Assembly (NCBI RefSeq): GCF_036321535.1
Contig: NC_087436.1
Span: 23,562,001 to 23,626,000, forward strand
Length of the DNA: 64,000 bases
Origin: Camelus dromedarius
Taxonomy: Eukaryota
Direction of reading: 5' to 3'
The position numbers were made by a program, and so were the translations under genes. The notes beneath the pieces are model-generated. The model made no database searches. It was given only the letters and a program-made list of their open reading frames with translations, and had not been told where the DNA came from. How positions within the stretch are numbered: the first letter of the stretch is position 1; every line of letters starts with the position of its first letter. Shown one piece after another: positions 14,130 to 26,619 of this stretch.

Positions 14130-15615
14130 CCAGGCTGTAGTTTGCTGACAACTGCCCTATATTCTCAGCCTCTTCAAAGAAGAATGTTTCTTGACCTTCC
14201 TCTGGCTGTCACCTGGCTTTCCCTGAGGACATATCTTCCTGTAACCCTCTCAAGTGGTCTGGTAGTTATTTACTCTTTGTACAATGGAGCCAGGGGTGGA
14301 ACAGGTGTTCTCCATCTTCTACTGTGTGGCTTTCAGACTGTGCTCCCTCTCTCCCTCCTAAAAATGCTCAGCTTTGAATCTCACTCATCTGATGCTCTCA
14401 TCCTCTAGTTTCAGCTGCCTCCTGATTCCTAGGCCACTGTCCCTCACTCCTTGGAGATGTTTGCAACCCACACACTGTCACTGTTTCAAAATCAGTCCAA
14501 TGATTATTCACGTAATTTCCATAACCGGGTATTCTTTCCAAGACCCTGGCCTTTCAGTCTTTCATCTCCTTTCTCCAATGGCCTCGTCCTCTCTTCAATG
14601 TCTGCAGCTCATTTCTATGGTCATATCTTTGACTTTCTCATGATCAATAAATTCAGTACCCCAAACTTAATTTCAGACATCCTACTCTCTTACCGCTGCC
14701 TATTATCTTTCGGGTTCATACCCCAACACAAACAATTCTTCTGTACCCCCAGGACTTTAATCCAATGCCCCTGCTACCTTCCCACTGTTCCACCCCATTG
14801 ACGTCCTCTCCCCCACCCCTCTCCACCCAGTTGAAATTTCATAGTCCATCTTTAGAATCATCCCCTTGGGTATAGACTTGACTCCCTTGCCCCTCTCCCT
14901 TATATGGGCTTGACTAAACCAAAACCTTCATTAAATTTTCACTCTGCCTACTGGATGCTTATACCCTCACAGTAAGACCAGAAAAATCACCCAAACATGA
15001 TGAGTAATTTCACTTTAAATTTATGGTCAAGTGGCTTTGATATTGCCTGGAACTTGTCCTTGTTCCATCACTTGTCATATTCCTAGGTGGCCATCGTGTC
15101 TTCTGTCTCTTCAAACGTTCAACATCTCCTCCATCTTTGCTCTCAGCTGATGGTGTTGCTTCTTCTTTCACTGAGAAAACAGAAGTGATTCTCCCAATAC
15201 CACTTCCAACCACCATCCACCTGTGCCCACATACTCTACCTTTGGTTCCCGTCCTCTCTGACCTATTCAAGGATGTTGACCCAGCAAGTATCCCCTTTCT
15301 GCTCCAGTATCACTAATTGTTCCTTCTCTACTGGATAATTCTCATTAGTGTACAAGCATTTTGTTATTTTCCCATTTGAAAAAATCCCTCTTGACTTCAG
15401 CACATCCCATTTATCTTCCTCCCTTTATAGAAGAACTTAAGAACTGGTTTTTCCCACTGTTTACAGTTTCCTTCTCCCATTATCCCTTAAACCCATGCCA
15501 ATCAGGCTTTCTCCACAACCACTCCACCAAAACTGCTCAAGTCACCAGTGACTCCACGTGGCTCAGCTAACGGGCAGTGCGTGGTCCCCATCTAATTGAT
15601 CTATCGGCACCCATT
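14130..15615 (+). mobile_element. Large L2 ORF2 fragment (endonuclease-to-RT region)
   Basis: Pyrimidine-rich sense L2. ORF 15361-15570 contains PLNPCQSGFLHNHSTKTAQVTSD, a remnant of the RT QSGFR..HSTETAL motif, followed by an LxDLSA-like attgatctatcggca. Confidence 0.8.
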
Positions 15616-16904
15616 CTCTCTACATACGCCTGAACAGTCCACAGCACGCTGTGCTTCTGAAGAATGGAATGGGATTCTGGTTTTATGAAATGAAATTTGT
15701 GGCATATGAACAAACCAATCTATAAGAATATGTCTTACAGCTACTCACCCATCTGCCTTCTCTGAGTTAACGATGATTTATGATAGAGCAGCAGTAAGGA
15801 ATGTTAATTGGCTTCATTTTAGTACTTGGACTTCTTGCCAGGGACCGTGGATTGATGGGAGAATGTTTTAAGGAACACTGTAATTTTTGTTTTCCAACTG
15901 AAACCAAGCTCGACTACTCTTCTCTCTCTCTCAGTATTTTGAACCACAGAGTAGTGTTAGACTTTATCTTACAGAACAGCTGGGCAAACCTTTCATTTGC
16001 TAGAGAAGGTCCTGAAAGGCTAAATGACCTCCTTAGAGTCTCATGGCCAATTAGTGACCCATGTGAAACAGAACCTGAGCTTCTCACTCTAAATTCAGTA
16101 TCAGCTCTACACACTTGCTGGGGAGCTGCTTCCTTACAGTTCTCTCAGGGTCCACATTCTGTAGTGATACTTTCAATTCATTTTTCAAGGAATCCTTTTA
16201 TTCTCCTGGACTCCGCGGGGTCTGTAAATCCAGCATCCTTTCCAACACACGCGCTGCTGATAGGTTTTCTCACAGTTCTTTCAATGCATGCATTCTTGAT
16301 GGATGCATTTCATTCCCTTTCAAGGAGTCCTACTGTCCTCCTGGATGGTTTGCAATCTTTGGTTCCATCAAGGAACATACTTCACTTATCAGGGCTAAAT
16401 TTGACAGTGGCTTTGATTTGTTACTTTGCCCCCAAGTTGTAAGAGAGAGATGCTTGGCAGGATCCCAGAGTGCATTCCAGGGCCAATACTTAAAGATGGT
16501 CTCAATTGTGCAACATTTGAAATTATTGTCCTGACCTACCATTCTAGACTCCCCACTTATTCAGCCATCAGTCCAATGCAGCTGCCTTGCTCCTGTTCCA
16601 GACTACAGGGAGCCCTCTGGCCTCTGAACCTCAGTGCATTTTGTGACAGTCTCCTGAACACTGCCCACGTGGTTCTGCAGTTGAATTGTTTTTTTATTTA
16701 TATGGGTAGTGAGGAAAATGGGAGGGAAACTAGGCAGTCCTCCTCTCCAGCATACAAATGGCAGACCTTTTAGGACAACAATAAGCAAGAACACCTTAGT
16801 GAGATAAACTGGTTCCAAGAACAGAGTCAACCTTGGAAAAGCAATTACCATACCTAAAGAAACACTGTGTCAACGTAAAGAGGGGTTCTAACCTGTAGCT
16901 TTAA

Positions 16905-17140
16905 TGATAACTAACACTTAGCTTCACACCAAAAACTGTTCTGGACTCTTTATATGTATTATATTAGATGTATTAATTTAATCCTCACAAGTCTATAAAA
17001 TAGGCACTGTTATGGATGAGAAAACTGAGGCACAGAGATTTGAATTAGCTGATAAAGTCACACAGCTAATACAATGGTAGGATACAATCTGAACCAGGTC
17101 CTGACTCCAGAGTCTTTCCTTAACCACGGTCTACCGCGTC
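16905..17140 (-). mobile_element. MIR SINE
   Basis: atttaatcctcacaag...atggatgagaaaactgaggcacagag...aagtcacacagcta...tgactccagagtc. Confidence 0.85.
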
Positions 17141-17799
17141 TTTCTGGAATCCACAAATAGAAGAGCTAGCATCCATCCTTGGCAGAGCCAGGTGGGGACT
17201 TGAGGGCAAACTGTTTCCCTCTAACCCTACAGGCAAGGCCATCCCTTTGGTGAAAAAGAGTTCCTCAAACTATCTCAATTAAGAAGCAATTCCTAACAGC
17301 ACCCAGTTTTCTGAATCTCTGTGTGAAAATCCACTTTAAGGTTATAATGTGGTTTTTCATGGCACTCAGCCTACTCAAGGGAAAATACAAATCAACACAC
17401 AGAATTCTAGTTTTTCGCTCTGACTCTCTGGGCCTTGGTTAATATGAGTCTGACAGCTCCTCTGAATTCACTCTCTGGATGCTGACAGATCAGATGCAGG
17501 GCTAAGAGCCAGAGGCCCCGAGGTAGTGAGTGCTACCCCGGGGACATCCAGGTGCTGATCTCACCTTGAAACTGCAGACATCTCGGCATCATAAACCTTT
17601 TCCTTTGAAGCTTTACTGTCTTATCTTCCGTATTAGATTGGTGGCTTCTTGATGGAAACTACTGTGTTTTAGATGTCTCGGTATTCCCCCAATGGGTCTG
17701 TCATTTCCCTGCCCATGCCCCTAAAAATTTCAGACTGTTTTAGCTGATTCCAGCTGCCAGAATTGCAGGGTTTCCCCCCGAGAGCAGTAGAAGGCACAC

Positions 17800-18100
17800 A
17801 TTAAGCTGGGATTGCCTGGCAATTAATCTACTCTACTCCCAGTAGCCTTCAACCAATAAGTCTTGGAACTAGGTGTATCAATACCCCAGAACTCTCCTCC
17901 CTCAGGTGGGATAACGCTGAGGATCTGTGTTGGATTGTTTCCCTGCAGGATTAAGTCCCAGTCACCCACACTGATGTCCATCTTAATAACTTACCCTATT
18001 GGCTGCGTCCCAATCCCTGTCTCCTTTCTCCTCTGGAGCATCCATGCCCTGGAAACCTTGTCTCAGGGCTGGCTGTGGAGGGAAACCCCAAATAAGACAA
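17800..18100 (+). mobile_element. ERVL-type LTR 3' half (LTR33/LTR16-like)
   Basis: Ends ccttgtctcagggctggctgtggagggaaaccccaaataagaca. Confidence 0.6.
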
Positions 18101-18124
18101 AGGGTGAAGGCAGATAATGGTTGC

Positions 18125-18305
18125 AGAAAGCCTGCTGTGCCCAGCATCATGTTAAGGTTGTCATAGTCATGAACTTATTTCATCCTCTCCACAGCCATGG
18201 GCTATAAGGAGTTATTTCATAGATGAGAAATTTCAGATGACTGTAAGTTGCTTATAGTCATGTAGCTGCTCAGCAGGTCAGCTGGCTGAATACTCACTAT
18301 TCTCT
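18125..18305 (-). mobile_element. MIR fragment
   Basis: cctgctgtgcccagca...cttatttcatcctc...atagatgagaaatt. Confidence 0.6.
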
Positions 18306-19378
18306 GTGGCATCATGGTCATCCTGTTTCCATCCTACCCTGTGGCCCAGGGTAGGGCTTCACATTCTCTACTGAAGACTCAAAAATGTGGGAATCAACTT
18401 GTGGATATTTCTGGAATAACCTCTGGTGATTTGTCATCCTATTACCTATTCTGTGGAGAGATCAGTGATGCTAAAACATGTATCAACATAAGCAAGTGTT
18501 TTCAAAACACCTCTCCCTCCTCTCTTCTGTCTCTCTTTGCGGAGATTGAGGCTGTGCCAACGTTAAGGCAGGGAGCGGGCGTGACTCACTAACAGCCTGC
18601 TCGGCAGCCTTGTTTGTAAAACTCTCCACATACAACTGGCAACACAGGCACAGAGGCAAGAGAGGAGGGAAACCGGCTGGGGTGTGAGGACCGATGCCCA
18701 CACCTCTGTGCCTGGCTTCACTCCTGCAAAAGTGTCTCTAAGTGTGTGGACATAGCCTGAATAATTCCATAGAGAAAGATAGCTTACTGAAGTTTTGGTG
18801 TCTTCTCATATTTGGCAAGTAAGTAACCAGATTTTTTTGAAAAAAATTTTTAGTCTCAGAGGAAACCTATAGTTTGTTGTTATTTTTGCCCAAAGATCTC
18901 TCTAGGGTCACCCCATCAGCCTTTATTGAGCACACCTAGAATTTAAACTTAGCAACAAGCTCTTATCCTCGAAAGCATTAAGGTCTAACAGCAGAACTGA
19001 CCAACCTCATTGACGAAAAGTCCCCACTTTCTCCACTGTGGTGCCTCATCTGGGTCTCAGAGCTCAGAGTGACTTCCGCAGTCACCCCGGGATGCAAGAT
19101 CGCCAGCTCTGCTACCTTGTCAGTGATAATTTTGTGAATGCCTAGCTGCTGGCCAGGCCTCAGTTCTGGAGGCAAGACAAGCAGTGGTGGACAGGGGCTC
19201 TCCGTCCCGGCCACCTGTGAAGCCCCTCCCTTTTGACATGACGAGAGGGATTGTCTGGGAGGGAGTCATCGTCCTAGAACCACAGTTGACTCAACAGCAA
19301 GAAACATGCCGAGGTTGTATTTGCTGACAGCCAAATCAGTGATGGCTCTGGGTCTTCCTGCAAATTCTTTTCCAGCTG

Positions 19379-19406
19379 GTGTGTGGGTGGGTGTGGGTGT
19401 GTGTGT

Positions 19407-19453
<47 letters not shown>
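19379..19453 (+). repeat. (GT)n microsatellite, imperfect at the 5' end
   Basis: Read directly. Confidence 0.95.
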
Positions 19454-19454
<1 letters not shown>

Positions 19455-19770
19455 TTTAGTATTAAAAAAGACGCTTCCTAATTAGACAGATCTCTGTCCT
19501 ATGGATCAATCTGAGAACTTCTGTGGTATTTTCACATTAGATATCTCTTCACCCATCAGCCCTATGCTCTCCAGCCTTCCTAAATCATAACTCACTGAAT
19601 AGCTCCTTTAGCAGGCAACAGCCACATAACTAGTAATTAGTGTCCTGTCAGCTGATATCAGCAGCATTAGTTTTTAGCTGCTGACATCAGCAAGTCCATC
19701 ACATATTTAAAGCCATAGCTACTTACAATTGCAATGAATACATCTGAGATATCCAGTGAATAAGAAGCTC

Positions 19771-19898
<128 letters not shown>

Positions 19899-21569
19899 GA
19901 GAAAAAGAAAACCATGTTTGGGTGAAACTATATAAAACAAATTAAAATAAGAATTAATAAGCCAAATTTTAGCCCAAGAACGAATCTGTGAGAGCCCACA
20001 GTCCTAGACAGTCTTCCCAGCTCTGGCACAGACATCTATCATAAATCCACACACAAGTCTGCTCCTTTCTGATTAGAGGATGGAGTGCTTTGGTCAAGGT
20101 TATAGAGAATATCTGTTTTAATGACAGAAGTAAGTAGAACAGGAGGACTTTGAGTCTCTCCATTTTTTTATTCACTGATTGCACATCAGAGTTAGTAATT
20201 ATTTTAAAAACATGTTCTGATTAAAAATAAGGCCAAATAAATACTTCACTCTTATTCTGAAGGGAAAAAAATACAATGTAAAGCTTGCATTTATTTGAAA
20301 ATTAAAAATTGAAATTTCAGAATAAGTGAACACTATCTGAACAATACCTATAGAGCTTTTCAGAGGAATTTCCAGATAATATGACCAAAATGCAGAATAG
20401 GAAAAATAGAACCATTTTAAAGAAATTAAATATGAAGGAAAATACCTATTTTGTTGGGAAAGTGATCTTATACTTAGGAAATTATCAGAAAAATAATAAT
20501 TTTCTTTAAGAAATGTACTTCATCTATTATTTAACTTCTACGCCTCCAAAAGACTATCAGAGTGACATCTATTTTTAGACTTTTCTGAGGTTTTGCACCA
20601 AATTGATGATTGCTACACCTGCAAAGCCTTACCTATCAAACTGAGTTAAGCATGAACCAGATTGCAATTGCAACTAAGCTTATCAACCTCCAGGAAACTC
20701 AGCCCACTGCCACCAAAAAACAATAGCTAAGACTTAGTAAAGGAATCCTAAACAGGTAACATTTTTCTTTCTCCACAATTTGAGACAGTGTTTGTTCATC
20801 ATATAGAAATAGCAAATATGCATGTTGGAAATTCAGAAAACAAATATGTCAGGAAGCATTTTATGCATCATTTAAAATTATATTTAAACAGTTCCCCAGC
20901 TATAAATTAAAAAAGGAAAAATTATGTGCCTAAGCTTTCATAAATGTCATATACCAAATTCACAGAAATTAATAAATACAAATCAAGTACAATTTATCTT
21001 TTTTTTTTCATTAAATAAAACAGTAATTCACTGAGTCCGAATGAGAGTTAGAGACACTCACACATTATTAAAGGGAACAACGATACTGTATTACCAGAAA
21101 TGTTCATAACACATTAGGTATGTTGCTTCCACTGAACAGGAATAAATTAGAAATAGCATGTATATTTTATGACATATAGATAGTTTTTCTTCCTTGTTTA
21201 ATCCACTCCCCTTTCTCATACATTAACCCTTCCCCTGGGGCGAAAAATGCTCATGTCACAAACCAGTTCAGGGCGATGCAACAGCGATTAAACCAGGACC
21301 AAAGGATAATAAGGAATATTTATAGACTTGGGCAAGATTGGGGAATAAAATGTTGATCCTTCACTAACTTTTCTCATTTGTTGACCTGTACAGGCATCTA
21401 AACCTGCTTACATTTTTGAAAAAGGAGTCTGGACAAGAGGGCAATTTATAATGGTGGCTTGTAATTACCTGCAGTGAATTGTAACCCAGGGATCTGTCTG
21501 TGCTCTGTGGTCTAGTGCAAGTTGGACTAGAGAGGGAGATGAAGTGCTCAGACAAGAAGGGGGCAGAGC

Positions 21570-24500
21570 TGAGGGTTATTTTCTTAATTAAAAAGTAGCT
21601 TTTTCAGATAGAAAATGCATGTTTGTTATATGATTTAAAAAATACAGAAATAGATTAAAAAGTAAAAATCACTGATCATCTAACCTTTCAGAGATAATCA
21701 CTATTAAATTTTGACATGCTTCTTCCTGGTCTTTTAAAATATATAGATATATGGCAAAATTTGTAGTATATCTTGTGTCTCACTTTTATTTGTGGGCATA
21801 TTTCATCTTATTAGATATTCCTCAAAAATATGCTTTTTATTGACTACATAGTATTTTCTTGAATTTACTGTCATCTGTTGAGCCATTCCCTGTTGCTGGA
21901 CATCTAGGTTGTTTCCAGTTCTTTAATGCTCTGAGTAATGCTGTAACAAAAACATCCTTGCTTGTACATTCTTGTGCCTATGCTTGGTTATCTCCTTGGG
22001 ATCATTCCCTATTATGGTAAGCGTGCTCTTGTTCCATATTGCCAGATTACTTTTCAGAAAAGGTGATACTAATTCACACAGCTAACGTCACTGATTGAGG
22101 GTAAAATTTAATTGAAGCCTTGTCAGCACTCAATATTATAAATTGAAAGGAAGACAGTGAAAATTTAAAGTGAAAATTGGCATTTCTTTTTCATTTTAGC
22201 CTCCGTAATTTATGAATGGGGCCCCAGAAGCCCAGAGAGGGAGAGGAACTTGTCTGGGCTCACACAGCAGTTAAGGGCAGAGCTAGGACTGCAACCCAGG
22301 CCTCCTGGTTCCCAACCCTTTTCCCACTGGGCCCGCCACTGCCCTGCCATTCTTTTCCATTTTAACTTACAGTTCTATAGTAGGTGACTTCCGAAGAACT
22401 ATTTCAACAGTTTTATTATATTTATAAAAATACACATGATCATTAGGAACTAGAGAAAATAGCAAAGAACATCTACCATCTAGGTATAACCAGAGACAGC
22501 CACTTAGAAATTTTTGTTTAACATTTCTGATATATATATGAGTATTATGTACATATAAAATAATGCTGTACATAATATTTGTAACCTTTTTCATTCAATA
22601 AAATGTTTAGGTATCTTTCCTTATTGTATAAATATAAAGCATCATTTAAAATATTTGCATAATAATTCATTATGTATTAACATTGGTTTAACTAGTTCCC
22701 TATTCATGGGCATGTAGGTGGTTTTGGAGAACATTTTGACAATTTTTCCTGATTTTAAAATAAAATAACAAATGTTAAATATTTTAAGTGAAATATTTCA
22801 AACATTCATGAAAGTGTAAGGAATCATGTAATAACACTCTCATGCCTAACACTGAATTGTAACAAATCTCAGAGTTTTGCCAGTTAGTTTTTTTAATAAA
22901 ACAACATACATATCATTAAAGCCTCCTGTGTACCCCTTTCCAATCACATTCCCTTCATTCCTCCCCTCAAGGGAAACTGTTGTATAGCATTCCCATGAAT
23001 GGCTTTATGAGGATTGTATCTGTTAGTACCTGATATATCCACAAACAACAGATAGCACTGTATTTTTGTTCTTAAACTTTAAATAAATATTATTATATGC
23101 TATATATTCTCCAACTTACTTTTTTCAGCATTAAATTTTTTAAGCTTTATCCATATGGAAACATGTAATTTTAGGTCATTCATTTTCATAGCTGCACAAT
23201 ATTTCACTATATGACTGTATTTAACAATATATACAGTCATACCTCTGTATTGAAGGGCATTTAAGTCATTTCCAATATGTTGCTCCTACAGATAACACAG
23301 CAGTGAATAGTCTACTCCTTGTGTAAGAGTTTACCTCGACTAGAGAATATTTTCTAGAAATGGAATTACTGGATGATAAAGTATAAGCATCTTAACTTTG
23401 CTACTTGAACTGTCCACCAAAGTTGTTCTACCATCTGTAACCCCAACAGTAGCACATGAAAGTCCCTGTTAGAGTCAGATGTTTTATTCTTTCTAATCCA
23501 GTGGGTATGAAATGGTATCATTTTAATTTTTACTTCCCTGATTATTAGTAAGGTTGACCATCTTAACATATGCTTATTTACCATTCAGTTTTCTTCTGCT
23601 ATAGATTGTTTATATCTTTTGTCCATTTGTCTATTGGATTATTTGTCTTAATAATCTTTTGTGAGGTCAACACACAGCAAATATCTTCCAGTCTGTAGCT
23701 TATCTTTTTACCTGTCTGGGGTTTGGTTGTTATTGTCATGTGGTTGGACTTGCTCTTGATGTTGAATTTTAAGATGATGATATCACATTTATCCATATTT
23801 CTTTATGGTCTGGAATCTTTTATCTTATCTAACAAGTTCTTCCCTAAGCTGATTTGTTGTGATTAAAATTACATTGTCTTCAAAAAGTCTTGCTTTTCAC
23901 ATTTGATCCTGTAATCCATCTGAACTTTTTTGGTGTGGTATGAGGTAGGACTCATTTCTTTTCCACACAAATTGTTTTAGTGCTACTTACCAAATATTGA
24001 TATCAATCTGTGATGTGATCTCTGGCCTGAACCAAGCTTTCCATAGTCTAGTTTCTGGGTTTTCATGTTTCGTTTCATTGGTTTGTCTCTCCTTTGCCCT
24101 AGAGTCATGTTTTCTTAAATGTTCCCACCTGATACTGGGTTAAGATTGTACCATTTTGTTCTGCTTCAAAATGTTTTGTCTATTTTTTACCCTTTACTGT
24201 ACCAAATGAATTTTAGGATTAGCTTGTCAAGTTCTGTGAAAAACTCCATCATGATTCTCACTTGAGTTGTATTTACTTTTTAGATTAATTTGGAGGCAAT
24301 TGACTTCTTAATCTAGTAAGTCTTCCTGTCCACCATCATAGCATTTCACCCTGTTTTTTCAAGTCTCTTGCATGTTCTTCAATAAAGTTTTTGTAAACTT
24401 TTTCCAAAAGTCTTATATACCTTTGTTAGACTTATTCTTAAGTAGTTATAGTTTTTATTACTCTTATAAATTATCTTTCATTTATTATATTTTCAGATTG

Positions 24501-24835
24501 ATTATTAATTGTGTATGGAAATGCAAGAGAGCTGTACTTTCATCTCATTTGGCATAAGCCAAATTTTCTCACTAGGTCCAATCAATTGTCTGAACACTTT
24601 ATTTTGCATTTCTTTGGGAGACAATCATATAGCTTACCTATAAAGATAATTCTGTCTCTTCTTTTCCAACTCTTATTCCTCTAATCATTATTTTAATCTT
24701 ATTGTATTGTTGAACAGTGGGGTAGTATCAGATACCTTTGTCCTTCTCCTTAAAGTTCTAAAAGTGCACAATTAAGAAAAGGGCTCCTATTGTTTTTTTA
24801 TATTTGATGTCCATTATCATGTGTATTTAGCCTTT
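21570..24835 (-). mobile_element. Old L1 (L1ME-type) 3' and ORF2 fragments, with a MIR at ~22200-22340
   Basis: gccattccctgttgctggacatctaggttgtttccagt; gggtatgaaatggtatcattttaatttttacttccctgattattag; aatgaattttaggattagcttgtcaagttctgtg; MIR core cccagagagggagaggaacttgtctgggctcacacagc. Confidence 0.75.
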
Positions 24836-24949
24836 TATTCAGAACATTTTTATTCAGCGCTTACTACGTGCCAGGAGCTTTTCTAAGTGATGAGGACAGA
24901 GTGGTGAATGTGACGAAGTCCTTCATGGAGCTTAACAAGGTAGAGAGAG

Positions 24950-24989
<40 letters not shown>

Positions 24990-26600
24990 AGGAACTGGTA
25001 CACGATATGAAGAAAAATAAAGAGTGACAGGGGAATGCTTATTTAGGTGGGGTTCAGGGAAGGCCTCTCTGAGAAATGAATACTTGAGCAGAGAACTGAA
25101 TAAGTGAGGTGAGTTGTGTGCTGCAGGCTTGAGATGGAACTCAGCATGCAGGGCACATATTAAGAAATGCCCTTGGGACCAACACCTGTGCGAGTGAGGG
25201 GAGACAGGGGAAGAGTGGGCAGAAGAGAACTGGAGCTTCAGTGCAGGTCCAGCAACAGCCTTGCCCGTTTCACTAGAGAGCTCTAGAGCTCCTATGACCC
25301 CACTCAAGGGGTAGAGTAAGTAGGGGCAAGGAAGCGTGGCCCTTATACCCTTGCAAGGACCAGATGTTAGATGCGGCCATCCCAGGAAGTAGTATGACCG
25401 TGAACAAGGTGGTTTTCTTCAGCTAAAGTGGAACAGGCCATCCACTGCAGGCTGTCCACTGAGATTCTAGGAGGTGAGGTAACAAGACCCACCAAAGGGG
25501 ATCTGGCTGAGCAGCACAAGCCATGTGACAGTCTGGAAGAAAGGCAGTCCATGCAGGGGGCAATGAAAGAAATGCCTGAGTTAGGCATAACCTACTGTGA
25601 CCAAGAAGCAGATGAAGAGCAGTGTGACCAGAAGGAAGCCAGCAGGGATAACAGCAGTGGGAGATGAGTCACTGAGGTAGCGCTGCCAGGCCACATAGGT
25701 TGGAATTTACTCTAAGTACCAACAGAAGGCTTTGAGGAGTCACAAGAAGGGACATGATTTGAATTGAATTATGTTTAAGAAGTTCTCTCTGGCTGCTGTT
25801 GGCAGAATTGCCTGTAGGGAACAAGAATGGAAGCTGAGAGACCAGTTGGGAGGCAATTGTGTTCAATTGTGTAAGAGATTATGCTGGCTTGCACCATGTT
25901 GGTAGTTAGGGGGGTAGTAAGAACTGCTTGGGTTAAGGATCTATCTGAAGATGAAACTAACCAGGTGTGGTGATGGATTGGGTGTGTGATGGAGGGAAAG
26001 AGAGCAGTTCTGGATGATCCTATGTATCTGACCTGAGCAACAGTAAGTGAAGTTGCCTTAACAGAGTTAGGAATTCCCTGGAGAGGAAAAGGTTGTTTGT
26101 CAGCAGAAGAAAAAGGGAAACCAAGAGTCCTGCTTTGGACAAATTAGGTTTGAGATCCTTATTTTACATTCAGTGAAGATGCCAAATAGGCGGTTGGAGC
26201 TGAATATGCCTTTGGGTGTTATCAGTAGACACATAGTGTTTAAAGTCACAAGAATGAATAAAATCATCAGGATGGCAAGTGTAAAGAGAGGAGAGAAAAT
26301 AAAGAGAAGAGAGGGCTGAATTCCAGGGAGCTTTAACATTTACGGTGGCACCAGTGAATAGAATGAGAATGGATGACCACTGATCTAGGAGGAAAACCCG
26401 GGGAGTATAGAATCATAGTTGTCCAGGGAAGAGAGTATTCCAAGAAGGAGGGAGAGATCCTCTGTATCAGAGCTGCTCAGACTAAAATAACAATTTTCCA
26501 TTAAACTTGGCAGTGAAATGGTGACGATTATAGCCTGAGTTAGTTGCGTTGAGGAGAAAATATTAGGTGGTAGAGCTGAAACAGTGAATCTAGAAACAGT
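24835..26600 (-). mobile_element. L2 3' portion, with (CA)n at ~24952-24988 and an inserted ERVL-type LTR at ~25110-25540
   Basis: atttttattcagcgcttactacgtgccagg (L2 tail); aagttctctctggctgctgt; gagtcctgctttggacaaattaggtttgagat; LTR string caacacctgtgcgagtgagggg...agagagctctagagc. Confidence 0.75.
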
Positions 26601-26619
26601 GAGTCCACATCTCTTTTAT

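Noticed and set aside
15801..16442. 213-aa ATG-initiated ORF
   Set aside because: Runs through a MIR core (~15985-16110), has Leu/Ser/Phe-biased composition and no recognisable domain; most likely a chance ORF.
20627..20749. Possible minus-strand exon (donor TAG|GTAAGG) with a hydrophobic translation
   Set aside because: Weak acceptor pyrimidine tract and stops in all three frames.
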